From: Bdellovibrionales bacterium
GTDB taxonomy: Bacteria > Bdellovibrionota > Bdellovibrionia > Bdellovibrionales > UBA840
Direction of reading: 5' to 3'
DNA: 29,991 nt
Assembly (NCBI GenBank): GCA_037969075.1
Contig: JBBKWS010000012.1
Coordinates: 1-29,991 of the forward strand
The notes beneath the pieces were generated by a model. That model had not been told where the DNA came from. It saw only the letters and a program-made list of their open reading frames with translations, and ran no database searches. Every line of letters starts with the position of its first letter. The stretch's first letter is position 1. Of the stretch, positions 16,886 through 26,758 are shown one piece after another. The position numbers were made by a program, and so were the translations under genes.

Positions 16886-18388
16886 TTAATTCACTTTTTT
16901 AGGAGGAAGCTTCTTTGGAAGCTTTCTTGGAACTTTTTTAGATCTCACCTTTTTAGATTTTTTCTTTTCATAAACAGCTTTTGGCTCTGGATCATTCCAT
17001 CCCTGGTAGCCATAGTCACTAGCGTATCCTTGCCATTTACCCTCTTGCATAACAATCACTTCTACCCGGCGGTTCTTCTGGCGCCCTTGGTAGTTACCGT
17101 TATCAGCAATTGGCAAAGACTCGCCGTAACCAACGGATCTGATTTCGGAAGATTTAATATTATGATTTTCGATTAGATATTTCTCAACTGTCTTCGCTCT
17201 TTGCTGACTTAGTTTTTTATTATAAGATTCACTTCCAACAGAGTCTGTATGTCCTGCTACCACGATTTCAGAATAGCCTTTTTCAAGAACTCGGTTTGCT
17301 ACCGCATCCAATTCTTTTTTTGCTTCCCCAACCGCACGGTAACTTGATGCAAATTTAAATTCAACTTTTGCTAGTTTATAAATTTCACCTTTTTCAATTT
17401 GTTCGATCTCTGGCAGATCCTCATCAAACTCCTCTATCTCAGCAACCTCAATGTCTTCACTAGTAATCGCAGGCATTGGCGTAGGCTTTGGCTTATCTTT
17501 AATAAGTGGTCCGATGGCATAATTTAGACCTGCATACAGTCGTAAATCGGGAGATGCTGACCCATTAAATAGCTCTGTCGACACACCCGCGTGAAACGAT
17601 AAGTTGGTTGTACGATCATATTTTAAACCAATAAGAGCCTCTGTGCTACTCTCTTCTCTGGCGGTATTATTAGGTCTTCCCTCAGATGGCCATCCCGCAA
17701 AAACTTCTGTAATTATTTTTGTATCGATAGATGGAAATAAATAACTGGCAGCAATTGATGCAATGAATGAGTCGCCGTAAGGTTCAATGTCTGGGTCAAT
17801 TTGACTTCCAGCCTGCCTAAAGCGATACCCTAAATTACTACCTACTGCAAAATTTCCAAGAGTCATATCGCCAGCAAGCTCTACAACGGTAACAAAACCA
17901 GCGTTTTTACCCAGGTATGGATTATCATCCACCATATTAAAATCTGTACTTAATACAGCCGCAAGCCCGTGCTTATCATCGCCAAAAAATCTATACTTTG
18001 TATTTAGCCTAACCTCAGTCAATCCTCTGTTAACAAACTCTCCGTGATCAAGATCACTATCTACATTCTGATCAATTAGATGTGGTAAATTAATCCCGAC
18101 ATCCCAATTTTTTCCTAAACCTAAACCTATATTTAAATCTCCATATAATAATGAATCATTATAACTACTTCTGTTTTGTATAGAGGTTGCATCTTCAAAA
18201 TAAGGCAGAGTATTTACAGCATAATTAATAAAATACCCAAAATTCATCACCCATGGCTCTAGAGTTTCAGAGGACTGTACGGTCACAAAGTCGATGCCAT
18301 TTGTCGTAGGGTTGAAATTTTGAAATTCTCCACCAACCACGTTTGCGTATATACTCTGTGTCCATATGAGAATAAGTAAGTATGCCAT
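16886..18388 (-). CDS. OmpA-family outer-membrane protein: N-terminal beta-barrel, acidic linker, peptidoglycan-binding OmpA domain, Lys-rich tail
   Basis: GHTDSVGSESYNKKLSQQRA and GYGES.PIADN....GRQKNRRVE motifs; barrel region ending YAGLNY; signal peptide. Confidence 0.9.
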   Translation of the reverse strand: MAYLLILIWTQSIYANVVGGEFQNFNPTTNGIDFVTVQSSETLEPWVMNFGYFINYAVNTLPYFEDATSIQNRSSYNDSLLYGDLNIGLGLGKNWDVGINLPHLIDQNVDSDLDHGEFVNRGLTEVRLNTKYRFFGDDKHGLAAVLSTDFNMVDDNPYLGKNAGFVTVVELAGDMTLGNFAVGSNLGYRFRQAGSQIDPDIEPYGDSFIASIAASYLFPSIDTKIITEVFAGWPSEGRPNNTAREESSTEALIGLKYDRTTNLSFHAGVSTELFNGSASPDLRLYAGLNYAIGPLIKDKPKPTPMPAITSEDIEVAEIEEFDEDLPEIEQIEKGEIYKLAKVEFKFASSYRAVGEAKKELDAVANRVLEKGYSEIVVAGHTDSVGSESYNKKLSQQRAKTVEKYLIENHNIKSSEIRSVGYGESLPIADNGNYQGRQKNRRVEVIVMQEGKWQGYASDYGYQGWNDPEPKAVYEKKKSKKVRSKKVPRKLPKKLPPKKVN

Positions 18389-18470
18389 ACCCTATTAAAA
18401 CGTGTTATCAGAGTCATTACAAAACCCTAATCTACACACAAGACCATGGTCCAGAATCTCCCGACTTTCT

Positions 18471-18498
18471 TAAATGTTAAAGCCTTAAATTCCGATAA
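18471..18498 (+). promoter_or_regulatory. Sigma28/FliA-like promoter
   Basis: TAAATGTT-N12-TCCGATAA (consensus TAAAGTTT-N11-GCCGATAA), 7 nt before the ATG at 18506; no SD. Confidence 0.5.
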
Positions 18499-18505
18499 GT
18501 AACCA

Positions 18506-19516
18506 ATGAGCTGGGAAAGTTTACCTTTATTAAAATCGAGTTTTTTTACTAACTTAGAAGTTAGTACTATCTCGCATTTACTAAAAACTGGGGATTATTG
18601 GTCCGAAAGTTTAATGCCCGTAGGACTTTGGGAAAATTCTGCCATTATCGCAACCTCTGACCCTAGTTATAAAGTACCTGACATGGGAGTTCCTTGCATT
18701 TTAGTTAGAGCAGAAAAAACAGATTTAAAAAAATTATACCAAAGCGCCTTCTCACAAAATGCTGAGCCAATAGCTGAGTCTAAAATCAGTGCCGCATCTG
18801 TATCACCTGTTATAGGTGAATTAGAAGCACCCGTAGTTCCAAATATTCCTGATTTTCAGATACCCTCCATGCCTATAGAGGAAGAAGTTTCTCCCGCATC
18901 AGCAGAACCAATACCAGAAATCAATCTTGCCATTCCTGATGTGCCAGATGTAAATATCGATTTTTCTGGTCTAAATACTACAGAAGAAAATCACACTCCC
19001 CCTCCTGTGGTCACAGAGACAGAGGAAGTTACAAAGCGTTTTGTAACACCAGAGGCACCCGTAGCGGTAGTGAATAATGTAGTTGCTATGCCTACTGCCT
19101 CAAACACTAGTGCACCCGCATCTGATTGGGATATTCAACCCTTCTTAAAAGATTTTGATAAGGTCATGTTTTTAAAATGGATGGGAACCCATTTAGAAAT
19201 TGCGAATTGGTTAGGCCCATGGGAAATCAATCCACATGCTAGTAAAAAAATTGATATAAGCAGTAATAGCATATTTAAAATTCCCTTAAAATCAACATAC
19301 CCGTATCACGGACACGTGATTGGAAATCCTGTGAATGATTCTTTTTTTCAAAACTTCAATGCTGGCAGAACACCAGAACATGTGACTATATTTCCTGTTT
19401 ACAGTGATGATAACTTTTGTGGAGAAGTGGTTTGTTTTACTACTAAAGCAAAGGGCGAAAAAATCAATTTAGATTCTTATGATCAACATTTGCATAAAGC
19501 ACAAAAAGCTTCCTAG
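18506..19516 (+). CDS. Hypothetical cytoplasmic protein: small N-terminal domain, Pro/Glu-rich linker, GAF-like C-terminal domain
   Basis: 336-aa ORF with a low-complexity middle; C-terminal SIFKI...PYHGHV....FF......PEHVTIFPV has a GAF-like pattern (inference). Confidence 0.7.
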   Translation: MSWESLPLLKSSFFTNLEVSTISHLLKTGDYWSESLMPVGLWENSAIIATSDPSYKVPDMGVPCILVRAEKTDLKKLYQSAFSQNAEPIAESKISAASVSPVIGELEAPVVPNIPDFQIPSMPIEEEVSPASAEPIPEINLAIPDVPDVNIDFSGLNTTEENHTPPPVVTETEEVTKRFVTPEAPVAVVNNVVAMPTASNTSAPASDWDIQPFLKDFDKVMFLKWMGTHLEIANWLGPWEINPHASKKIDISSNSIFKIPLKSTYPYHGHVIGNPVNDSFFQNFNAGRTPEHVTIFPVYSDDNFCGEVVCFTTKAKGEKINLDSYDQHLHKAQKAS

Positions 19517-20239
19517 TTATTTTAATAATTTTGCCATCTTACGAACAGATTTTTTAAGTCCCATTTTTATCGCGTAACAAACCAACGAATGACCAATATT
19601 AAGCTCTTGCAAATGGGGAAGCTTTTTGATTCGTCTTGCTGTCACATAATCTAACCCATGTCCCGCATGCACACGCATCTTTAGCTTATGACATAGCTCT
19701 GCGCAGTCTTTAAGACGCTTCCACTCAGTTTTCTCTTTAGGACCTTTAAGATGTACCCATTTGCCTGTATGAAACTCGAGGGCATCAACGTCAAGCTCTG
19801 CTGATTTTTTTACATCGGCAATATTTGGCGCAATAAAAAGAGATACTTTAATCCCCTTGTCTTTTAATTTTTTTACCATTGGCGCAAGTTTTTTAGATAG
19901 CCTGATCACATCTAAACCACCTTCAGTGGTTAGCTCCTGTCTTTTCTCAGGGACAATACACACCCAATCCGGCTTATATAACAAGGCCTTTTTTAACATC
20001 TCAGGAGTCGCTGCAATTTCTAAATTAATAAGACCCGGTCTTTTTTTGCAAAGTATATCTACATCTTTATCTTGAATATGCCTTCTATCTTCACGTAAAT
20101 GAACCGTAATTTGCTTTGCCCCACCGGCGATTGCTAGTTCAGCTGCTTCGTAGACGCTGGGATATACAGTTGTATCCCCTCTAACTTGTCTTAGAGTAGC
20201 GACATGATCTATATTCACGCCAAGGCGAATTTTTTTCAT
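19517..20239 (-). CDS. pdxJ: Pyridoxine 5'-phosphate synthase
   Basis: LGVNIDHVATLRQ, TVHLREDRRHIQD, PEKRQELTTEGGLD, AGHGLDY, ELNIGH. Confidence 0.97.
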   Translation of the reverse strand: MKKIRLGVNIDHVATLRQVRGDTTVYPSVYEAAELAIAGGAKQITVHLREDRRHIQDKDVDILCKKRPGLINLEIAATPEMLKKALLYKPDWVCIVPEKRQELTTEGGLDVIRLSKKLAPMVKKLKDKGIKVSLFIAPNIADVKKSAELDVDALEFHTGKWVHLKGPKEKTEWKRLKDCAELCHKLKMRVHAGHGLDYVTARRIKKLPHLQELNIGHSLVCYAIKMGLKKSVRKMAKLLK

Positions 20240-21601
20240 TTAAGTAAGTTCTTTCTTTAATAAATCAGCAATTTCATTTGCATAGGATTGTATTTTACTT
20301 AATGACGGTCCTTCGACAAGAATACGAAGTAGCGGCTCAGTCCCAGAATACCTAATAAATGTACGCCCTTGCCCCTTTAGACGGTCTCGTATACTACTTA
20401 TCAATTCAGTGTAGCCATTTACTTTTTCTAAATCTACCCGCTTAGACACACGAAGATTCAAGAGTACTTGCGGAACGTCTTCCATCACAGCATTTAACTC
20501 GCTTAAGCGGCACTTCTTTTCTTTCATTACGGCAATCACATTTAAAGCTGCAATTATTCCGTCACCCGTAGTTGAATGCTCTAAGAAAATAATATGACCA
20601 CTTTGCTCTCCACCAAGCATATATGAATTTTTCTTCATCTCATCAACTACATGCTTATCACCAACATCCGTAGTAACTAACTGGATTTGATTTAACGCCA
20701 TAAGTTTATGAAGACCAAAATTACTCATCTCAGTACAAACAATAGTATTATTTTTTAATTTATTTTTTTCTTTCATATATAGAGCGCAGATTGCTAATAT
20801 ATGATCGCCATTTAGTAGCTTTCCAGCTTCATCCACCATTACCACTCTGTCGGCATCCCCATCTAATGACACCCCTAAATCAGCTCGGTACTTTAAAACC
20901 ATTTCTGCGACCCTACCAGGATACAAAGCACCAAACTTATCATTGATATTTAAACCGTTTGGTTCATCACCAATCACAATGACTTCAGCTCCTAATTCTT
21001 GAAAAATAGCAGGAGCCGCTTTGTAAGCAGCACCATTTGCACAATCTAAAACGATTCGCATACCATCTAAACTTGAATCCGCAGGAAATGCCCCCTTCAC
21101 GTAAACAATATATCTTCCTAAGCTATCGTCAATTCTTCTGGACCTACCCACATCAGCAGATGCAGCCAACTTGTCATTAAGCTCTTCGTCAAACACGAGT
21201 CTTTCAATTTCTTTTTCCATTTGCTCAGATATTTTATATCCGTCAGCACCAAATATTTTTATGCCATTATCAAAATATTGATTATGTGATGCCGAAATTA
21301 CAATTCCTGCATCCACCCGCATGTTTCTGGCTAAAAAACCAATACCAGGAGTAGGAAGAGGACCCACCAGTTGCACCTGCACGCCCATAGAATTTAATCC
21401 ACTAGCTAGAGCCATTTCGATCATATAACCAGATAGCCTTGTATCCTTTCCGATCAAAACTTTTGTTTTTGCACCTTTAGGCTTATTTTTACGAAGAAGA
21501 TATCCTAAAGCCTGCCCTACACGTAAAACAATATCATTTGTAATAGGAAATTGGTTTGCCGTTCCTCTAATACCATCTGTACCAAATAATTTCTTACTCA
21601 A
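20240..21601 (-). CDS. glmM: Phosphoglucosamine mutase
   Basis: LFGTDGIRG, GKDTRLSGYM, ISASHN, DGDADR, GGEQSGH, RYSGTEP. TTG start at 21601 after GAGGAG (ORF track starts at 21640). Confidence 0.96.
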   Translation of the reverse strand: MSKKLFGTDGIRGTANQFPITNDIVLRVGQALGYLLRKNKPKGAKTKVLIGKDTRLSGYMIEMALASGLNSMGVQVQLVGPLPTPGIGFLARNMRVDAGIVISASHNQYFDNGIKIFGADGYKISEQMEKEIERLVFDEELNDKLAASADVGRSRRIDDSLGRYIVYVKGAFPADSSLDGMRIVLDCANGAAYKAAPAIFQELGAEVIVIGDEPNGLNINDKFGALYPGRVAEMVLKYRADLGVSLDGDADRVVMVDEAGKLLNGDHILAICALYMKEKNKLKNNTIVCTEMSNFGLHKLMALNQIQLVTTDVGDKHVVDEMKKNSYMLGGEQSGHIIFLEHSTTGDGIIAALNVIAVMKEKKCRLSELNAVMEDVPQVLLNLRVSKRVDLEKVNGYTELISSIRDRLKGQGRTFIRYSGTEPLLRILVEGPSLSKIQSYANEIADLLKKELT

Positions 21602-22052
21602 GATTACTCTCCTCAAGACGTCCTGGCCCAGCTTCCCCATCCCTTACGGCGTCTTTATATCCAGAACGAGGTTTGATACGCATACTAAAATGTCTCGGAG
21701 TGATTGAAACTACTCGTAGCCCGTATGGAAGCTCAAGCATGTTATCATTGATCTCAACACTTAAATCATTTTTTTCAATATTATAAATATCGTATCTAAT
21801 TGATTTCTTATGATTAAAATATCTACGAAGCAACTTAGGCGTACCCTTTAGAGTCACTTGCACCTTGTTAGGGTGCAACAAATACAGTTCGTGTGTTGTT
21901 GGGAGATATACTTCCATTAACATATCTTTGCTTTCAATAGCATCATCACGCCCCATTACGAATGTCCATAAAAAGACCGTAACTACTAAAGCTAAAATCT
22001 TATAGCCTATGTTTTCAGTGAAGAATTGCTTGATTGGTTCAGGTCTAGGCAT
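21594..22052 (-). CDS. cdaR: CdaR/YbbR-like regulator, single YbbR domain
   Basis: N.GYKILAL....FLW.FV TM anchor, P.KVQVTLKG, LP.GL.VVSITP; lies between cdaA and glmM. Confidence 0.78.
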   Translation of the reverse strand: MPRPEPIKQFFTENIGYKILALVVTVFLWTFVMGRDDAIESKDMLMEVYLPTTHELYLLHPNKVQVTLKGTPKLLRRYFNHKKSIRYDIYNIEKNDLSVEINDNMLELPYGLRVVSITPRHFSMRIKPRSGYKDAVRDGEAGPGRLEESNLE

Positions 22053-22854
22053 GCGTCACAACCTTTCCAGTTGGTTTTAGTTGCAAGCTTTTAACTAAAC
22101 TAGAACGTAGGGACTTTAAATCACTAATTGTAACTAAGATACCTTGCTCAACCATCGAAATCTGCTGCCTCTCTTCACTAACTACTAATACTATTGCATC
22201 CGTTTCTTCGGTGATCCCAAGAGCGGCCCGGTGTCGAGTGCCATATTGTTTATCGATATTTGGATTTCTTGAAAGTGGTAAAAAAGTGCCTGCGCTTGCA
22301 AGTCTTCCACCCCTAATTACCACTGCTCCATCATGCAGAGGGCCTTGCGGGTGAAATAAACTGATTAGCAATTCACTGGAAATTTGTGAATCAACAGCCT
22401 CTCCTCTTTCAATATAATTTTCTAAACCAATTTCTTTTTCAATAACTATTAAAGCTCCGTAGCCAAGCTCTGACAACCGAAAGGCGCCGATACATAGCTC
22501 TTCAATGGCTTCCATCTCTTGACTTGCAGTGATATTAGAGAAAAATGGATTTCTACCAATGTGAGCAAGTGCTCTACGAATTTCTGCCTGAAATAAAATA
22601 ATTACTATCAAAAATAAGTTGTCAAAAAATTGCTGTAAACCCCAGTTAAGAGTACTTAACTCAAGCCAGATACTTAAAATATAACTGATAGCAACGATCC
22701 CAAGGCCTGCTAAAATTTGTACAGCCCCAGTTCCTTTTATAAAAGTTAATAGCTTATAGACAACTAGCCAGACCAGCAAGATATCAAAGAAGTCATTCCA
22801 TTCTAAATGACCCCAGGTAAGCCACAAATTGTGTGCAATATGATTTAAATTCAC
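22045..22854 (-). CDS. cdaA: Membrane diadenylate cyclase CdaA/DacA
   Basis: Three TM helices, FQAEIRRAL, GALIVIE, PLHDGAV (DGA), GTRHRAA (RHR), VVSEE. Confidence 0.95.
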   Translation of the reverse strand: MNLNHIAHNLWLTWGHLEWNDFFDILLVWLVVYKLLTFIKGTGAVQILAGLGIVAISYILSIWLELSTLNWGLQQFFDNLFLIVIILFQAEIRRALAHIGRNPFFSNITASQEMEAIEELCIGAFRLSELGYGALIVIEKEIGLENYIERGEAVDSQISSELLISLFHPQGPLHDGAVVIRGGRLASAGTFLPLSRNPNIDKQYGTRHRAALGITEETDAIVLVVSEERQQISMVEQGILVTISDLKSLRSSLVKSLQLKPTGKVVTHA

Positions 22855-22865
22855 AATATCTTTCG

Positions 22866-24869
22866 CTACACAACGATTGGGTCAGAGTCCCCACCGCTTA
22901 CGGAGCCTTTTTTCTTTTTATCTTCTGCTTGCTTCAATTTTTCAATTCGCTCTTTTTCTAAAAGCTTGCGCTGTGATTCTTTGTCTTCAGCCGCTAATAA
23001 ATCATCGTGCTTAACTCGAATTTCTTTTAAATCCTCTAGAGTTTTACCCTGCATAATAAGGTCAATCTCTTTACCCTCGATGGTCTCAAGCTCTAGTAGT
23101 GCAAGAGATAGCGTATGTAATTTATCAATATTATCTTCCAAAGATTTTTTAGCATCAGTATAGGCGGTATCAATAAATTTTTTCATCTCAATATCGATAT
23201 CGCGTCTTACCTCATCAGAAAAATTATGAGTATGCTGCGATTGTTGTAAACCAACAAACACAGGTCCTTCATGTTTTTCATAGGCAATAGGTCCAAGCTT
23301 ATCAGACATACCCCACTCGCAAACCATCCTTCTAGCAATGTCCGTGGCTCTTTCAATATCGTTACTTGCACCACTTGTAATATCTTTAAAAATTAACTCT
23401 TCGGCTATTCTTCCACCAAACATATAGGCAAGCATAGCCAGAGCTTTTGATTTAGAGTAATTTAGCATATCTTCATCAGGCTGAATCTGCGTAAACCCTA
23501 AAGCCATACCACGAGGAACAATTGTAACCTTATTGACCGGATCACCATTTGGAATAAGCTTTGCCACTATTGTATGGCCAGCTTCATGATAAGCTGTGAT
23601 CTTTCTATCTTTTTCACTGACCACCATGGATCTTCTCTCGCCACCCATAATCACTTTATCTTTGGCGTATTCAAAATCCTTCATAGTAAGTAGATTTTTA
23701 TTGGCACGAGCCGCACAAAGCGCCGCTTCGTTTACTAAGCTCTCTAGTTCTGCTCCAGTGAAACCAGGAGTACCAGCAGCAATGTGATGTAAACTTACGT
23801 TTTGTGCCAGCGGCGTTTTTCTTGTGTGTACTTTTAAAATCTCTTCTCTTCCTCTTACATCAGGACGAGGCACCATCACTCTACGATCAAAACGACCAGG
23901 TCTTAAAAGCGCTGGGTCTAAGATATCTGGACGGTTTGTTGCGGCAATAATAATAACTCCATCATTTGCTTCAAAACCATCCATCTCAACTAGCAACTGA
24001 TCTAAAGTTTGTTCTCTCTCATCGTGTCCTCCACCCATACCGGCACCACGATGTCTACCTACAGCATCAATCTCGTCGATAAAAATAATACAAGGAGCGT
24101 TTTTCTTGCCTTGCTCAAACAAATCACGAACACGACTTGCCCCTACACCCACGAACATTTCGACGAAATCAGATCCAGAGATACTAAAGAATGGAACACC
24201 AGCCTCGCCTGCAACAGCTCTTGCTAATAAAGTTTTACCCGTTCCCGGTGCTCCTGCTAGCAATACACCTTTAGGGATACGGCCACCAAGTCTGGTGAAT
24301 TTCTTAGGGTCTTTTAAAAAGTCGACAATCTCTTGCAATTCTTCTTTGCACTCTTCAACGCCTGCAACCTCTTTAAAAGTAACTTTGTTTTTACTTTCAC
24401 TAAGAAGCTTTGCTTTGGATTTTCCAAAACTCATGGCTTTTCCGCCGCCCGCTTGCAGCTGTCTCATGAAGAACAAGAAAATTAAGAAGAATAAAATAAA
24501 CGGAAGCCAATTAATTAAAAGAGAAGCTAAAAATGAATTTCCTTCTGCCTTTTCATAATTTGGGATGATGTTATATTTCTCCGTAAGGGTTTTGTAAACT
24601 TCATCTCCTGTATTACCAACGATCAAAAAAGTTTCTGCCTTGTATAGCTCTTTTCCTTTTTCGTTAAACTTACCTAATATCTCACCGCTATCTTTTCGAA
24701 ATACGATGGAGTCTTTTTGAATTTCTTCATTTTGAATAGAGGTCATAAACTTTGAAAAATTAAATTCAGAAGCTACACTTTTTTGCCTCTGTTCAAAAGT
24801 TTGATAGATCACTAAAAACCCGATTAAAAGTAAAACCCAGAGAGCCAATGTTTTTTGATTTGATCGCAT
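22866..24869 (-). CDS. ftsH: ATP-dependent zinc metalloprotease FtsH
   Basis: Two TMs, Walker [34 protein letters not shown]...RPGRFDR, HEAGH. ATG at 24869 with AAGGA SD (ORF track starts at 24905). Confidence 0.97.
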   Translation of the reverse strand: MRSNQKTLALWVLLLIGFLVIYQTFEQRQKSVASEFNFSKFMTSIQNEEIQKDSIVFRKDSGEILGKFNEKGKELYKAETFLIVGNTGDEVYKTLTEKYNIIPNYEKAEGNSFLASLLINWLPFILFFLIFLFFMRQLQAGGGKAMSFGKSKAKLLSESKNKVTFKEVAGVEECKEELQEIVDFLKDPKKFTRLGGRIPKGVLLAGAPGTGKTLLARAVAGEAGVPFFSISGSDFVEMFVGVGASRVRDLFEQGKKNAPCIIFIDEIDAVGRHRGAGMGGGHDEREQTLDQLLVEMDGFEANDGVIIIAATNRPDILDPALLRPGRFDRRVMVPRPDVRGREEILKVHTRKTPLAQNVSLHHIAAGTPGFTGAELESLVNEAALCAARANKNLLTMKDFEYAKDKVIMGGERRSMVVSEKDRKITAYHEAGHTIVAKLIPNGDPVNKVTIVPRGMALGFTQIQPDEDMLNYSKSKALAMLAYMFGGRIAEELIFKDITSGASNDIERATDIARRMVCEWGMSDKLGPIAYEKHEGPVFVGLQQSQHTHNFSDEVRRDIDIEMKKFIDTAYTDAKKSLEDNIDKLHTLSLALLELETIEGKEIDLIMQGKTLEDLKEIRVKHDDLLAAEDKESQRKLLEKERIEKLKQAEDKKKKGSVSGGDSDPIVV

Positions 24870-24968
24870 ATAAATCCTTATTTGTCTTAAGCTATAAGAT
24901 AACAAGAGACGGGTTTTTACTCAAGCAGATGAGGTATAATTGGCTCATCTTTGAGACAATCCTGCACC

Positions 24969-25913
24969 TTAATCAAGCAAGCTAGCTTCTACCCACTCGG
25001 GACTAACTTTCCAAACACATCCTATCATTTTAAATGTGAACTCACTATCCCTTCTGTCAAGTAGCTTAGTGATTTCCTCTAGTTGAGAGCGCCTGTATTG
25101 GTTTACATTTTTTAACTTTAGATACTCTACCAATACCTGCATTTGATGCATTTGGTCTAATGCCGAAAAAGCCAGCCGTTTGATTCGATCATCAACGATC
25201 CAAGTCTTAAAAAAAGCTGCCCTATTGTCCCAGAGGAAGACTATATTTTCTAAACTCTGTCCCAAACCCTGAACAGACCCGACCTTATAAGCCTCGATAC
25301 TTGGCAGAAGCTCATTGCGAATCCAGTTTCGAAAATATTTTGTGTCAGTATTTGTGGGGTCTTGCACAAAAGAAATATTATGTTTCTGAACATAATCCTC
25401 TAATTCACTCTGTGAACTTGCAAGCATCGGACGAAAATTTTTCCCGTTGAACTCTTCCATTGCGGATAGACCTGATATTCCTGTTCCTCTAAGCAAACGG
25501 TGCAATCTAGTTTCTAATAAATCTTGCTGATGGTGTCCTGTAACTAAAACATCACCATCAATAGCAATTTTAGCCCATTCTTCTTGCCGAAACTCTCTAA
25601 AATCCGCTTCGCTCGCTAAATTGTTCTTAGCCTCTTCATTAGTAACAACTTCAATGTTTGCATCGGCGCAGGTGCTTACCACTAATTTTTTTGCTTTATT
25701 TCTGTACTCTACGTTTGAATCAGTTCCGTGATGAACATGAAAGACCTTCAACTTAAAAGGTCTCCACTCTGAATGTAGCTCTAAAAAAGCATTCAGTAGG
25801 ATCATTGAGTCTCTTCCGCCGGAGACCGATAGATATATGTTTTTCTCAATAAGATTATATTTTTCTAATGATTTACGAATGTAAAATGATAAAACACTTA
25901 GAGGTTTTCCCAT
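24969..25913 (-). CDS. tilS: tRNA(Ile)-lysidine synthase, short form
   Basis: SVSGGRDS, HVHHG, TGHHQQDLLET...LLRGTG, RPML, DPTN....RNWIR; upstream of ftsH. Confidence 0.92.
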   Translation of the reverse strand: MGKPLSVLSFYIRKSLEKYNLIEKNIYLSVSGGRDSMILLNAFLELHSEWRPFKLKVFHVHHGTDSNVEYRNKAKKLVVSTCADANIEVVTNEEAKNNLASEADFREFRQEEWAKIAIDGDVLVTGHHQQDLLETRLHRLLRGTGISGLSAMEEFNGKNFRPMLASSQSELEDYVQKHNISFVQDPTNTDTKYFRNWIRNELLPSIEAYKVGSVQGLGQSLENIVFLWDNRAAFFKTWIVDDRIKRLAFSALDQMHQMQVLVEYLKLKNVNQYRRSQLEEITKLLDRRDSEFTFKMIGCVWKVSPEWVEASLLD

Positions 25914-26758
25914 TAATTTCCAAGTTTCTTTGTTAGATCAATGTAGCCGCCTGCATACAAAGATACGGCTTTATAACCAGCATCAACAAGGGTCATCAAT
26001 GCACAGCTGGCACCAATACTATCATCATCTAAAACCACAATTTTATCACTTTTAGAAACGCCCAAAGACTCAAGCCGCCTTCCAATAGAAACTTTTGCCC
26101 TACCGTCATTAGTCAAAAACTCTCTCCAATGTATATTTATAACGTGCGAATCCACTTCGGCATCCCATGCATGACGTACTTTTAAAAAAGTTTTTTCATC
26201 TCTTGTATCAATCACCTTGAAAGCTACTTTTGATTTAATTCTCGTCACTAGCTCTTGTGGCGTTAGTAACAAGGCTTCATTGAAAGCAGGCTCCCAATAC
26301 TTGATATCTTCTTGTAGCGGTGGATTGGTATTGGTAACTCGTTTAGATTTTATAGATTCATCACTAGTGATTTGAACATTATTAATGCCCATATATAAAA
26401 GTGTCCAAGCGAGCCTGCATTCTTCACCTTTGCCGTTTTTTCCTTGTCCCAGAACTATAACTCTGGAATTTGGCTTAACACCTTTTCTAGCTAAGACTCT
26501 GGCTTCACTAAAAAGATCGTTCTTAGGCCATGTGGTCTTTTTTTCAAAGTATTTTTTAATATCTTCGTGATAGGCACCAGCTACATGACTACTGGTATAG
26601 TAAAAGAACGGTCTTGCATCTAGCAGTACATCGTCATCGACTACTTCGATATTGGCGGCATACTTTGGCCTTGGATAAATCTCGTTTGTTGTAGTTGGGG
26701 TTTGAACCAAATACGAACAACCCGAAATCAAAAGAAAACTTAAAAACAAATATTTCAT
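25913..26758 (-). CDS. Tandem rhodanese-domain lipoprotein, apparently lacking the canonical catalytic Cys
   Basis: Lipobox LISGC; LLDARP..Y..SHVAGA; RLAWTL..G; VIDTR...F; LYAGG. Confidence 0.8.
   Translation of the reverse strand: MKYLFLSFLLISGCSYLVQTPTTTNEIYPRPKYAANIEVVDDDVLLDARPFFYYTSSHVAGAYHEDIKKYFEKKTTWPKNDLFSEARVLARKGVKPNSRVIVLGQGKNGKGEECRLAWTLLYMGINNVQITSDESIKSKRVTNTNPPLQEDIKYWEPAFNEALLLTPQELVTRIKSKVAFKVIDTRDEKTFLKVRHAWDAEVDSHVINIHWREFLTNDGRAKVSIGRRLESLGVSKSDKIVVLDDDSIGASCALMTLVDAGYKAVSLYAGGYIDLTKKLGN

Noticed and set aside
24969..25913. tilS as a truncated pseudogene
   Set aside because: Catalytic motifs are intact, and short TilS proteins lacking the distal C-terminal domain are known.
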